Shown: positions 51,172-60,633, counted from the first letter of the stretch. The stretch is 64,000 bases of DNA from Bdellovibrionota bacterium (GCA_050950765.1 JBMNIF010000003.1:96001-160000), one strand, 5' to 3'. Translations and numbers: made by a program. Notes: generated by a model not told the origin, from the letters alone.

Positions 51172-52466
51172 CAGAGACGATATCTCAAGATTACCTTTCG
51201 CAAGACTATTTACGTCGCTTACAATTGCAACGTCTACAAGCGATTGTCTCAAGGGCATACGACAATGTTTCTCTTTTTAGAAACCGTTTAGATGAGCGTG
51301 GCATTAAGCCGACAGATATAAAAAGTTTAGAGGACATTCAGAAACTACCCTTTTCCTATAAGCAGGACTTACGCGATTCCTACCCCTTCGGTTTATTTGC
51401 CTCCCCGATGAAAGATATTATTAGGCTGCATGCCTCTAGTGGCACAACGGGGAAGCCGATTGTTGTAGCCTATACAAAGGAAGATTTAAAAGTTTGGTCA
51501 GACTCCGTCAGACGCTCCTTAAGTGCAGCAGGGCTGACCTCTTCTGATATTATTCAGAACTCCTATGGATATGGACTTTTTACGGGTGGATTAGGTGCTC
51601 ATTATGGGGTAGAAGCCTTAGGTGCTACCGTTATCCCAACTTCTGGTGGCAACACTGATAGGCAACTAATGGTTATGCAAGATTTTGGAGTAACTGCTAT
51701 CAGTTGCACACCCAGCTACCTTACGCACATCGTCAATCGTGCTGCTGAAATCGGAATTGATCTGAAAAAACTCCCCATAAGAACTGCTATACTTGGTGCA
51801 GAACCGTGGAGTGAGGAGATGGGCTCTTGGTTTGAGGAGCAAGCAGGTATTAAGGCTTATGATATTTATGGACTTTCTGAGATAACTGGACCAGGTGCTG
51901 CTGCACAATGTGCAGTGCGTGAAGGTTTGCACGTTTTTGAGGACTATTTTTACCCTGAAATTATAGATTCAGAAACAGGTGAAGTTCTACCGGATGGTGA
52001 AGAGGGAGAGTTGGTTCTAACAACTCTGTGTAAAATGGCGATTCCGATGATTCGTTATTGCACAAGGGATATAACTTCGATCATTACTGAACCGTGCCCT
52101 TGTGGTCGTACCTTACGTCGAATCCGTCGTATTTCACGTCGTGCTGATGATATGATTATTTTACGTGGAGTTAATATCTATCCGTCGCAGATCGAAGCAG
52201 CTTTATTATCAGTGGATGGTACGCTACCAGTTTATCAGATTGTACTAACAAAAGAACGTGGCTTAGATCAAGCAACTATTGAAGTAGAAGTTACACCGGA
52301 AATTTTCAGTGATAAGATCGGTGCCTTGCAGCAATTAAGACGGAAGCTTGAATATACCTTAGAGACTACCACCAGTATTCGCATAGCTGTATCATTAGTT
52401 AAGATGAATACAGTTCAGAAGAGTGAGGGCAAGGCCGTAAGGGTAATTGATAATCGTAATAAGTGA
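51168..52466 (+). CDS. paaK: Phenylacetate-CoA ligase
   Basis: LRDSYPFG, HASSGTTGKP, GYGLFTGGLG, CTPSY, GAEPW, YGLSE, GELVLTTL, RADDMIILRGVNIYPSQIE, EGKAVRVIDNR. Confidence 0.95.
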   Translation: MTETISQDYLSQDYLRRLQLQRLQAIVSRAYDNVSLFRNRLDERGIKPTDIKSLEDIQKLPFSYKQDLRDSYPFGLFASPMKDIIRLHASSGTTGKPIVVAYTKEDLKVWSDSVRRSLSAAGLTSSDIIQNSYGYGLFTGGLGAHYGVEALGATVIPTSGGNTDRQLMVMQDFGVTAISCTPSYLTHIVNRAAEIGIDLKKLPIRTAILGAEPWSEEMGSWFEEQAGIKAYDIYGLSEITGPGAAAQCAVREGLHVFEDYFYPEIIDSETGEVLPDGEEGELVLTTLCKMAIPMIRYCTRDITSIITEPCPCGRTLRRIRRISRRADDMIILRGVNIYPSQIEAALLSVDGTLPVYQIVLTKERGLDQATIEVEVTPEIFSDKIGALQQLRRKLEYTLETTTSIRIAVSLVKMNTVQKSEGKAVRVIDNRNK

Positions 52467-52716
52467 TCTTTTTACTTATTATAAATAAATGAAGCTAGAA
52501 GTGGTGAGGGCAAAGCTGTTAGGGTGATTGATAGTCGTGGTAAACAATCTACTCACTTATATAAATAAATAGAGTTAGAAGTGGTGAGGACAAAGCTGTT
52601 AGGGTGATTGATAATCGTAGTAAACAATCTACTCACTTATATAAATAAATAGAGTTAGAAGTGGTGAGGACAAAATCTGTTAGAGTAATTGATAATCGTA
52701 GTAAACAATCTACTTA
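52418..52716 (+). repeat. 80-bp tandem array (family 4) whose first unit is the paaK 3' end
   Basis: GTGAGG anchors at 52423, 52504, 52584 and 52664 (spacings 81, 80, 80). Confidence 0.92.
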
Positions 52717-52869
52717 TCAAATAATAGGATAAAAACTATCTCGGGGGTGGCGATTTTCTATGGTTAAAAAAGATAGTTAAGTGCTATGCTCAATCTATCA
52801 TTGAGAACGGTAGCGCTAAAGAATGTTTAAAGTTTTTTAAACTTAGTAAATTAGCAAGGAGGTTTTATT

Positions 52870-53280
52870 ATGATATTAAAGCAGATCTCTATATTTTTAG
52901 AGAACAAAGAAGGTCAGCTATCTTTTCCATGTCAGCTTTTAGCAGATAACGGCATAAATATAACAGCGGCGTGTTTGGCAGATACCAGCGAGTTCGGAAT
53001 ATTACGACTTATTATAGAAAATCATGAAACTGCCACCAAGATCTTACAGGAGAACGGCTATGCCGTTAATATTACAGAGGTGGTTGCTGTAGCTGTTTCT
53101 GATGAACCAGGGGGGTTGTCAAAGATCCTTGAGGTTGTAGATGCGCAAAAATTAAACGTTGAATATATGTATGCCTTTTCGACGAAAAATAAGGAAAAAG
53201 CCTTATTAGTTTTCCGTTTTTCAGATCCGGAACTAGCAGCTCGTGTCTTACAAGATTATGAAGTACCAACCATCTGGTAA
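52870..53280 (+). CDS. Double ACT-domain protein (commonly found with paaK)
   Basis: KQISIFLENKEGQL, ADTSEFGILRLI, DEPGGL, NVEYMYAF; AGGAGG RBS. Confidence 0.9.
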   Translation: MILKQISIFLENKEGQLSFPCQLLADNGINITAACLADTSEFGILRLIIENHETATKILQENGYAVNITEVVAVAVSDEPGGLSKILEVVDAQKLNVEYMYAFSTKNKEKALLVFRFSDPELAARVLQDYEVPTIW

Positions 53281-53325
53281 GAGACAATAACTTAAGTTAA
53301 GTATCCTTTTCTTAACTTCTGCTCC

Positions 53326-53845
53326 TAACACTTTTTACCTCCGTAAAGATCTAGCTAATTCGCTTTGTGGTATAAGCCCGTTCAGTTGTTCTTAGAGGGT
53401 GAATTTTTTACCTCCGTCCAGATATAGCTAATTCGATTTGCTGTATCACCCCGACCTATCGTCCCTAAAGGGTAACACTTTTTACCTTCGTCTAGATCTA
53501 GCTAATTCGGTTTGCTGTATCACCCCGTCCTAGCGTCCCTAAAGGGTAACACTTTTTACCTTCGTAAAGATCTAGCTAGTTCGATTTGTAATATAAGCCC
53601 GTTCAGTTGTTCTTAGAGGGTGAATTTTTACCTCCGTCCAGATCTAGCTAATTCGGTTTGCTGTATCACCCCGTCCTAGCGTCCCTAAAGGCTAACACTT
53701 TTTACCTTCGTAGAGATCTAGCTAGTTCGATTTGTAATATAAGCCCGTTCAGTTGTTCTTAGAGGGTGAATTTTTTACCTCCGTCCAGATCTAGCTAATT
53801 CGGTTTGCTGTATCACCCCGACCTATCGTCCCTAGTGGGTAGAAA
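53326..53845. repeat. 72-74-bp tandem array, 7 units; reverse-complement member of repeat family 1
   Basis: TTACCT anchors at 53335, 53408, 53482, 53556, 53628, 53702 and 53775. Confidence 0.93.
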
Positions 53846-53906
53846 ATTCATCCGCCCTTATTTTTAAGTTATTTCTTAATTTATCAAGAATGAGAATAAA
53901 AGGTAA

Positions 53907-53932
53907 GTGGCGGCAAAAAAAGAAGCCGCCAC
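53907..53932. terminator. GC-rich hairpin between convergent genes
   Basis: GTGGCGGC-AAAAAAAGAA-GCCGCCAC. Confidence 0.5.
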
Positions 53933-53979
53933 ATCTACTACCAAAATCTATTAGCTACCTTTATGATAAAAAGGAGTCT

Positions 53980-54580
53980 TTAACTAAATAAAACATACCA
54001 TCCTTTCCGCCCTTCCGGTTTAACTTTATTCCAGAGGTCTTGTATTTCCTTATAGTTCAAAGTATTATCATTAACAAGTTTCACTGGAGGTATTGGATCT
54101 CCATTCAGATCTTTTGTAGCTACATAAACATCTTTGTCTATTTCAACCAATCCAAACTTCTTTATAATTATTTCACGAGCTTCTTCAAGTTTATTACCAC
54201 CTTCATGTGAGCTACCGATTATTACGGCCCTTTCTTCCCCCAAAATTGTGCCAAAAGATTTCAGGGCATTATAGCTGAAGTGAAACAGAACCCCAGGCTT
54301 TCGTTCTGTTTGACCCCAAAATACACTAACTGGATCTGTACTACGTTCTGCGGAAATACCTAAACTTCTATACACGTTAACTATAAAGCCAGCCATTTCC
54401 TCAAGAGCTGCATAATATTTTTTATAATCTTCTATTGTTTTTAGTTTGTTATCTTGTAATCCCCCTGCTGCTTCTCTATGAACACTATCTGGAAAACTCA
54501 CATCTTTTAGGTTATGAGCCCCCCCCCGCAGATCCTGCGAGTTCTTTTTCACCTTTGCCAGTATTAAGCGTATTAGCCAT
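53980..54580 (-). CDS. Hypothetical protein; probable true start (ATG 54580) is out of frame because of a G9 tract
   Basis: ORF 53980-54552 in the track; the upstream ATG with a GGGG element reaches TAA just after the G9 run at 54519-54527, and G8 would fuse it to the long ORF. Confidence 0.55.
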
Positions 54581-54759
54581 ATTATACCCCATATAAAAAA
54601 TCTACTTCCGTTAACTATATAATAAGCACCTAATATAAATTATAAAAATAGTTACAAAGTAACCTATATATATTCATCTAATCCCTAAATTTGCTTCAGT
54701 TTATTTAAAAGTACCTTATAAACTCCCCCTAATAAAGCACTATTATTAAACTTTTTCTG

Positions 54760-54814
54760 TTTCCCGTTGAACGTCCCTGCCCGCACTGGCACTAACGGGA
54801 AATGCCAATTTTTT
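54760..54814 (+). promoter_or_regulatory. Candidate structured leader (terminator/antiterminator) upstream of purU
   Basis: TTTCCCGTT/AACGGGAAA 9-bp stem interleaved with a TGGCA/TGCCA stem that is followed by ATTTTTT. Confidence 0.45.
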
Positions 54815-54885
54815 AAACTCCTAAGACTTAAGTCTTAAAAGGTAAAAGACGACAACTTAAGGTGAATATCCTTTCTAGGAGGAGT

Positions 54886-55737
54886 ATGAAAAGCGCTATC
54901 TGCTTGATTTCCTGTCATGATCAAAAAGGGATCGTAGCAAAAGTAACAAATTTTATTTTCTCTAATAACGGCAACATACTACACTTGGATCAACACATCG
55001 ACCCTCAAAGTGAAACTCTATTTATGCGCGTTGAATGGCTACTAGATGATCCTGCCGTATCTCTAAAAACCCTCTCTGAAAGTTTTCAAAGCATCGCAAA
55101 CTTTTTTAACATGGACTACACAATACACTTATCGGAAGAGAAGGAGCGTGTTGCCATCTTTGTTTCTACCGTATCTCATTGCCTCTACGATATTCTCTTA
55201 AAGGTAAAATCGGGGGAGCTTAATTGTGAAGTTCCGTTAATTATTAGTAATCACACCACCTGCCGAGAAATTGCTGACTATTTCAATATTCCTTTCTATT
55301 ACTTTGAAAAAAATAACGGTAATTTTTTAAAAATAGAAGAGGAAGAGGTGGCACTAATTAAGAAATATGAGATTGATACCCTACTTTTAGCACGTTATAT
55401 GCGGATCCTTTCTCCACAATTTGTAGAAAAATTTCCAAATAGAATCATAAATGTACACCACTCATTTTTACCGGCATTTGTCGGAAAAGCTCCCTATGAA
55501 CAAGCTTTTGCACGTGGTGTTAAAATTATCGGAGCCACCAGTCACTACGTTACAGCAAAATTAGACTCCGGTCCCATTATCGAGCAAGCAACCGTTCGTA
55601 TCAACCACAGCGATACTGTTAAAGACTTGCAACGTAAAGGAAAAGAGCTAGAGCGTCTAGTCCTTTCAAAAGCTCTTCAATTACACCTAGCAAAAAAGAT
55701 CCTCGTCTATAACAACAAAACTGTGGTTTTTGATTAA
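54886..55737 (+). CDS. purU: Formyltetrahydrofolate deformylase
   Basis: SCHDQKGIVAKV, FMRVEW, SHCLYD, IISNH, LARYMRILS, INVHHSFLPAF, GVKIIGATSHYVT, GPIIEQ; AGGAGG RBS. Confidence 0.96.
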   Translation: MKSAICLISCHDQKGIVAKVTNFIFSNNGNILHLDQHIDPQSETLFMRVEWLLDDPAVSLKTLSESFQSIANFFNMDYTIHLSEEKERVAIFVSTVSHCLYDILLKVKSGELNCEVPLIISNHTTCREIADYFNIPFYYFEKNNGNFLKIEEEEVALIKKYEIDTLLLARYMRILSPQFVEKFPNRIINVHHSFLPAFVGKAPYEQAFARGVKIIGATSHYVTAKLDSGPIIEQATVRINHSDTVKDLQRKGKELERLVLSKALQLHLAKKILVYNNKTVVFD

Positions 55738-55774
55738 AAGTATAACGATCAATTAAAAATCGAACCGTTTGATG

Positions 55775-56695
55775 CTAAATAAAAAATTGATAAAAGTGAT
55801 ACCACTGCAAAGGATATTTTAAAGTCAACGTCTCTAAATTTTTTACATATAACTGTATAAAATCTCTTAAATGCGACCTTTGAAAACACTCCTCCGGAAC
55901 TTCTTTAAAAAATAACCTATAAGAGTTCCCTCTCTCTTTTAAACAATGGATAAAAAAAGTAGGCGCATTCATTAACTGCACAAACTTAAAAACACCGCTA
56001 GGAAATCGCACCTCCTTCCCAAGAAATAAAAACCTTTCGAACTTCTCGGGCACTTTTGCAGAAACCCGATCCCCTGCCATCACTACTAGTGCTCCTTTTT
56101 TTAATTCGTCATCTATCAGAGCAGCTGTTTCAATACCGATCTCTTCTACCGCATGAAAAACCACCATCTCAAAAGAGAGGTGTTTTTTTATAAATTCGTG
56201 AAAAATAGCTGATTGTGAAACCTGCATAAAAACATGCACTCGAAGAGGTTTTAATAATTGAATAGAGTTGAGAACACCGAGTGCAGCTTCTCCATTTCCT
56301 AAGTGAGAAGATATTAAAAAACACCCCCTCCCTTCACTTAAAGATCTCTTAAAGGTCTCAATATCATCATTAGAAGAGACAAATTCAGGGATGTTTTTTT
56401 TTAGTGTATAGATGTCAAACTTATCAACCACCGCAAAAACATACGATAAGATATGAGAAAACGGTGAGAATTTAGTAACCCTAAGCCCATGTGCTCTCTG
56501 ATAATTATTTAAAATACTTAAATATGAACGTGACGCTTTTCTTGCAGAAACTGCACATAAAAAGATCAGAAAAGAGATCGGGATCAATATTAACTTTAAA
56601 ACTCTCTTATTGAAACTTTTATAAATAATCCACAAAAGCTCTAATCGATAAATGCCCGCCCCCTGCTCTTTTTCTTCAAACCACTCTTTTTTCAT
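55775..56695 (-). CDS. LpxL-like acyltransferase (homologous to the acyltransferase half of ApeJ-type proteins)
   Basis: WFEEKEQG, SSHLGNGE, MAGDRV, FLGKEVRFPSG, YPLQWYHFYQF. Confidence 0.8.
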   Translation of the reverse strand: MKKEWFEEKEQGAGIYRLELLWIIYKSFNKRVLKLILIPISFLIFLCAVSARKASRSYLSILNNYQRAHGLRVTKFSPFSHILSYVFAVVDKFDIYTLKKNIPEFVSSNDDIETFKRSLSEGRGCFLISSHLGNGEAALGVLNSIQLLKPLRVHVFMQVSQSAIFHEFIKKHLSFEMVVFHAVEEIGIETAALIDDELKKGALVVMAGDRVSAKVPEKFERFLFLGKEVRFPSGVFKFVQLMNAPTFFIHCLKERGNSYRLFFKEVPEECFQRSHLRDFIQLYVKNLETLTLKYPLQWYHFYQFFI

Positions 56696-56697
56696 CT

Positions 56698-58947
56698 TTA
56701 AGAATCTTCAGTTTTATCCTGCCTTATCTTCAATAGATACCCCGTCAGGAATTTTGTCGACAAATACGCAAAAAGCAAGCCGCCTCCTAAGACTAAACCT
56801 AAGGTTTTTGTTAAAGTAAATGTTGTAAAGGCAAGTAATCCGAACCCTACAAAACTGGTTAAAAACGATCCCAAAACAGCATAAGAAGTTGCGGCAGAAT
56901 GCAGAGTAGTAGAAAAAATTATATAATCCAGACTTAGCCCCATCAAAAGAAAGAAAGATAGTAGATGAAAAAAAGTTATCGGATGGTGCAATACCCCACA
57001 CAAAGCAAGTATCGATAATATCGATAGTAGTGATGGTAGGAGTAAAAATAAGCCCCGTTTCCCATAAACAGCTAGAAGAAAAAACATCAAGACCGCAAAA
57101 GTTCCTGCCAACAAACGATAGACTTCAAGACGGTACCTTGCAAATGATTCTACAATAAATTTCTGTGGCGAAATTATAAGGGTATCTTTTAGATCGTCTG
57201 TTAAATCTATCCAGTGCGGAAGTTGAATAATTGAATAATATCCCCTTTCTCCTCTTAGTATAAAATTATTTAAGTTTTCCTTTAAAAAAGGAGGAAGGGT
57301 CGCATTTTCCAGATCTAAAAAGTCCCCTCCCAGACTTAGCTCTTTAGATAGCTTTAATTTTCCTTGCAAATCACTACTTTTTTCACCGAAAAGATCTTCA
57401 ATTAAAGCTGCATTTTCTCGTTGCCGTTTTAAAGATGGGATAAACGATGATAAACGCATTTTAGGCAGGTCAGGCATCCTTTCAGCTAAAGACTCTTCAC
57501 GTTCTAAAAGTCCCTGTAAGGTGTCAGCAGGCGTAAGTAAAAAAGTAGTGTCCGTTGCAGCATTAAGTTTATGAAAAAGAACGTCCTCCGCTAAGAGATC
57601 TTTATCGGGGGTATAAAAGTTCTGAATTGAATCATTGGTCACTACTTGAGAACAGCCGTAAACCAAAAATAAAGAGAAAAAAACCGCCACAAAAAACCTG
57701 CACTTTGGCGGAAGTTGAAGGTTATGAATGGTATACCTCTTAAAGGAAAATTCCCTGCCTCCTACCCAATTTTTAGTAAGTAAAATATAAAACCCTACAA
57801 CAAAGAGAAAAGCTGAAAGCATTCCGAACATTGAAAAGAGAGCGATCTGGCGTAAAATAATCAATCCGGAGAAAAGTAAGGGCGTAAAAGCTAAAAGCGT
57901 TGTTAATAAAGCCATTAGCAAATTTTTAAAAATTTTATGTAAAGCAGAGATACCATCTGCACCTTCCATGCGAGCGATGAAAAAATGTAACGAATAATCA
58001 ACAGAGATACCTATCAACGTTGTTCCAAAAACAAACGTCAAGATATGCAAGTTACTAAAAAAAATAGAGGTCGCCATAAAGGCACTAAAGAATGCAAAAG
58101 AGGTCGCCAAGAATAGGGGTAAAACAAATTTAAAGTTTCTAAAGAAGAAAAAAGCAATTCCAAAGACAAAAGAGAGCGATAAAAATGACAGGAAATTGAT
58201 CTCTTTTTTACTCTGTTGTGCTGCTAACGCTGCATGAAAAGGGCTACCACTAAGGTGTACTTTAAAAGAATCTGTATTAAATTTAGTAAGATCATCTTTT
58301 AGAGTCTGCAACTTCTTATAAACACCATCATCCATAAAATTAGGAGTAACTCTAAACTTAAGTACCGTTAATACATAATATTTCCCATCTTGACTATATT
58401 TACGAAGTAAGAAGCCGTCTTTATTTTCCCAGACACCGTTAGCACGTGGTAAATTTAAAATATAATTTTTAAATAATAGAAACGGATCTTCCGAAATAGA
58501 GAGAAATTGCGGCGTAAATGCACTAAATAGAGCAGCTAAATTTTTATTATAAATACCGTCAAAATCTCTCTTTAAAAGCAGCCCCCTATCCTCATCAGAT
58601 AATAACCCGCGACGATATTTTGAGATCTCTTGTATTACCCCTTGTAAATCATCAAAATTAAATGATGAGATATTTTTAAAATCATCTCCCGAGATTGTTT
58701 TAGTAATCTCTTTTGCCCCTTGTAAGGCTGCCTGCTCTGTTTCAGCTTCAAACAAAAGCTGGATAGTATTTGAGAACTTATCTGCTAAGAGCTTATTAGC
58801 TTCATAAGCTTCAGAACTTCTATCTTGAATCATCGATAAAAGATCAGTTTCAAAAGTAGGTGGTGCTAAAAAAAGGGAAAAGAGAGCACTAATAAAAAAT
58901 ACCACTACTAAGATCTGCGCTATTTTTATGATTTTTTTAAGAAACAC
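56698..58947 (-). CDS. MMPL/RND-family exporter (ApeM-like)
   Basis: ETDLLSM, FVFGTTLIGISVDYSLH, LRQIALFS, LMGLSLDY, SFLTSFVGFGLLAF. Confidence 0.85.
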   Translation of the reverse strand: MFLKKIIKIAQILVVVFFISALFSLFLAPPTFETDLLSMIQDRSSEAYEANKLLADKFSNTIQLLFEAETEQAALQGAKEITKTISGDDFKNISSFNFDDLQGVIQEISKYRRGLLSDEDRGLLLKRDFDGIYNKNLAALFSAFTPQFLSISEDPFLLFKNYILNLPRANGVWENKDGFLLRKYSQDGKYYVLTVLKFRVTPNFMDDGVYKKLQTLKDDLTKFNTDSFKVHLSGSPFHAALAAQQSKKEINFLSFLSLSFVFGIAFFFFRNFKFVLPLFLATSFAFFSAFMATSIFFSNLHILTFVFGTTLIGISVDYSLHFFIARMEGADGISALHKIFKNLLMALLTTLLAFTPLLFSGLIILRQIALFSMFGMLSAFLFVVGFYILLTKNWVGGREFSFKRYTIHNLQLPPKCRFFVAVFFSLFLVYGCSQVVTNDSIQNFYTPDKDLLAEDVLFHKLNAATDTTFLLTPADTLQGLLEREESLAERMPDLPKMRLSSFIPSLKRQRENAALIEDLFGEKSSDLQGKLKLSKELSLGGDFLDLENATLPPFLKENLNNFILRGERGYYSIIQLPHWIDLTDDLKDTLIISPQKFIVESFARYRLEVYRLLAGTFAVLMFFLLAVYGKRGLFLLLPSLLSILSILALCGVLHHPITFFHLLSFFLLMGLSLDYIIFSTTLHSAATSYAVLGSFLTSFVGFGLLAFTTFTLTKTLGLVLGGGLLFAYLSTKFLTGYLLKIRQDKTEDS

Positions 58948-59510
58948 TATAACTCTATCTTAATATTTATCTTGTCTGAATTCTTATAATCGATCACAAC
59001 ATCCGTTAAGGCTTTAGCAGTACCACGCACTGTTACTGTTTTTAAAACGGCGGCTACCTGCGCTTTTAACGGAGTAAGCCTCGCACTCCAGACAACACCA
59101 TCTTGATAGTCTACCGCAAAATCAGCAAAAAGTTTGGAATAATCTCCCTTTAAGAAACTATCGATCGCTGCATTAATCGCTTGTGCTTCCTGATTAGCTC
59201 CTAACGGGTAACGTTGTTCAGCACCTGCCATTATCACATTAAAAGAAAGTGGGGTAATTACATATTTTACAGGCACAGGGTTTATAACATTCCAGACCAG
59301 CTCTCTACCATCTCTTACAGAAAAGGTGCCACTACTATCTAAAACGATTCCGAGATCTCCCAAAGTTTTGCTCTGTTTAAAAGTTCCCCGACATGAAAGG
59401 CTATTAGCGATGACCTGTTTTATCTTCGGAGGAAATGCTCCTATCCTTTCGGCATAACATTCAGAAAAAACACCTAGTAAAAGTATAATAATAAAAGAAA
59501 ACTTCTTCAT
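58947..59510 (-). CDS. LolA-like periplasmic carrier (ApeL-like)
   Basis: Signal peptide; GTFKQSK...LDSSGTF...LVWNVINP. Confidence 0.8.
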   Translation of the reverse strand: MKKFSFIIILLLGVFSECYAERIGAFPPKIKQVIANSLSCRGTFKQSKTLGDLGIVLDSSGTFSVRDGRELVWNVINPVPVKYVITPLSFNVIMAGAEQRYPLGANQEAQAINAAIDSFLKGDYSKLFADFAVDYQDGVVWSARLTPLKAQVAAVLKTVTVRGTAKALTDVVIDYKNSDKINIKIEL

Positions 59511-59914
59511 TTTGACCCAACCTGCAATTTTCTTAAAAACGGCTGTGGCAGTTCAAACAAACTTTCTTTTGTTTTTAAATCAACCACCATTTGCTTAGTT
59601 TCTGCCTTGCAAAGCTTCTCTAAGCTGGCACTGTCCGTAATCAAATATTTAAAAATCAGTAGATTATCACTCGGCACTAATTCAGCCTTAACATCTATCA
59701 ACTGCCCAAAGCGACACGGCTTAATATACTTAATTTGCAACAAGATTACAGGTGCAGCAAAGCCGAGTTCAGCCATCGTCGTATAACTAAGTCCAATCTC
59801 TTCAAGAAAAGCACAACGAGCCTCTTCAAGGTATTTAAGATAATTCCCATGCCACGCCACTTGCATCGGATCTACATCATAAAAAGGTATCTTTATCGTA
59901 ACTGTTTTTTCCAT
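59507..59914 (-). CDS. 4HBT-family acyl-CoA thioesterase (ApeK-like)
   Basis: IPFYDVDPMQVAWHGNYLKYLEEAR. Confidence 0.9.
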   Translation of the reverse strand: MEKTVTIKIPFYDVDPMQVAWHGNYLKYLEEARCAFLEEIGLSYTTMAELGFAAPVILLQIKYIKPCRFGQLIDVKAELVPSDNLLIFKYLITDSASLEKLCKAETKQMVVDLKTKESLFELPQPFLRKLQVGSK

Positions 59915-60633
59915 TTCCTAAGATAATACCTTAAAAGATTAAACGGTGCGATACAGCAAAGATATGTATGTAAAAGCGAGATGCTACAATTATCACGCAC
60001 TTTTTTAAAATGGGAAACTCCACCGACAGGATAGGTAACTTTCGTTTTTAAATTGATTATCTCTATCCCCTCCCAACAAGAACGCACCAGTATTTCAATA
60101 TCAAACCCCATCCTCATAAATTTTAACTTAGGGATTACAGGACGAAGGCCTTGTAAGGGATAAATTCTAAAACCACACATGGCATCAGCAATCTTATTTG
60201 AAAGGGTCTCCACAGAAACCCAAAAATTAGTAAACTTATGCCCCCAAAAGTTACTTCTTGGAACAGACTCATCAAACTCCGGCACACCGTTAATTAAGGC
60301 TTGCGGATTTTGCACAGCAAGATCCATAAAAGATTTAAGATCTTGCAGGTTATGTTGCCCATCAGCATCAATCTGAATTATATGTGTAAATCCTGCACTC
60401 TCCGCCTCTTGAAGACCTGCTATAAAAGCAGCGCCCTTACCCTTATTTTTTCTCAACTCAAGATACCTTACGTTCTTATCAGTCACTAATTGCCTAAGTT
60501 TTAACGTTTCATCTTCAGAGCTACCGTCATTAACGATCAGAAGGGGAAGATTTAACGCTAAGAGGTGGGGCAAAAAACGGTTTAGATCTTCATAGTGGTT
60601 ATAAAACGGAATCAAGATTACAAAACGTAACAT
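59893..60633 (-). CDS. GT2 glycosyltransferase (homologous to the N-terminal half of ApeJ-type proteins)
   Basis: ILIPFYNH, VNDGS, NKGKGAA, QIDADGQH, DAMCGFRIYPL, RMGFDIEILVR, GGVSHF. Confidence 0.9.
   Translation of the reverse strand: MLRFVILIPFYNHYEDLNRFLPHLLALNLPLLIVNDGSSEDETLKLRQLVTDKNVRYLELRKNKGKGAAFIAGLQEAESAGFTHIIQIDADGQHNLQDLKSFMDLAVQNPQALINGVPEFDESVPRSNFWGHKFTNFWVSVETLSNKIADAMCGFRIYPLQGLRPVIPKLKFMRMGFDIEILVRSCWEGIEIINLKTKVTYPVGGVSHFKKVRDNCSISLLHTYLCCIAPFNLLRYYLRKWKKQLR

Noticed and set aside
52418..52716. Diversity-generating retroelement TR/VR pair
   Set aside because: No reverse transcriptase is in the window and the differences are not confined to adenines of one copy.
54787..54802. 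Sigma54 promoter (TGGCAC) before purU
   Set aside because: The -12 TTGC element is absent at the required spacing.
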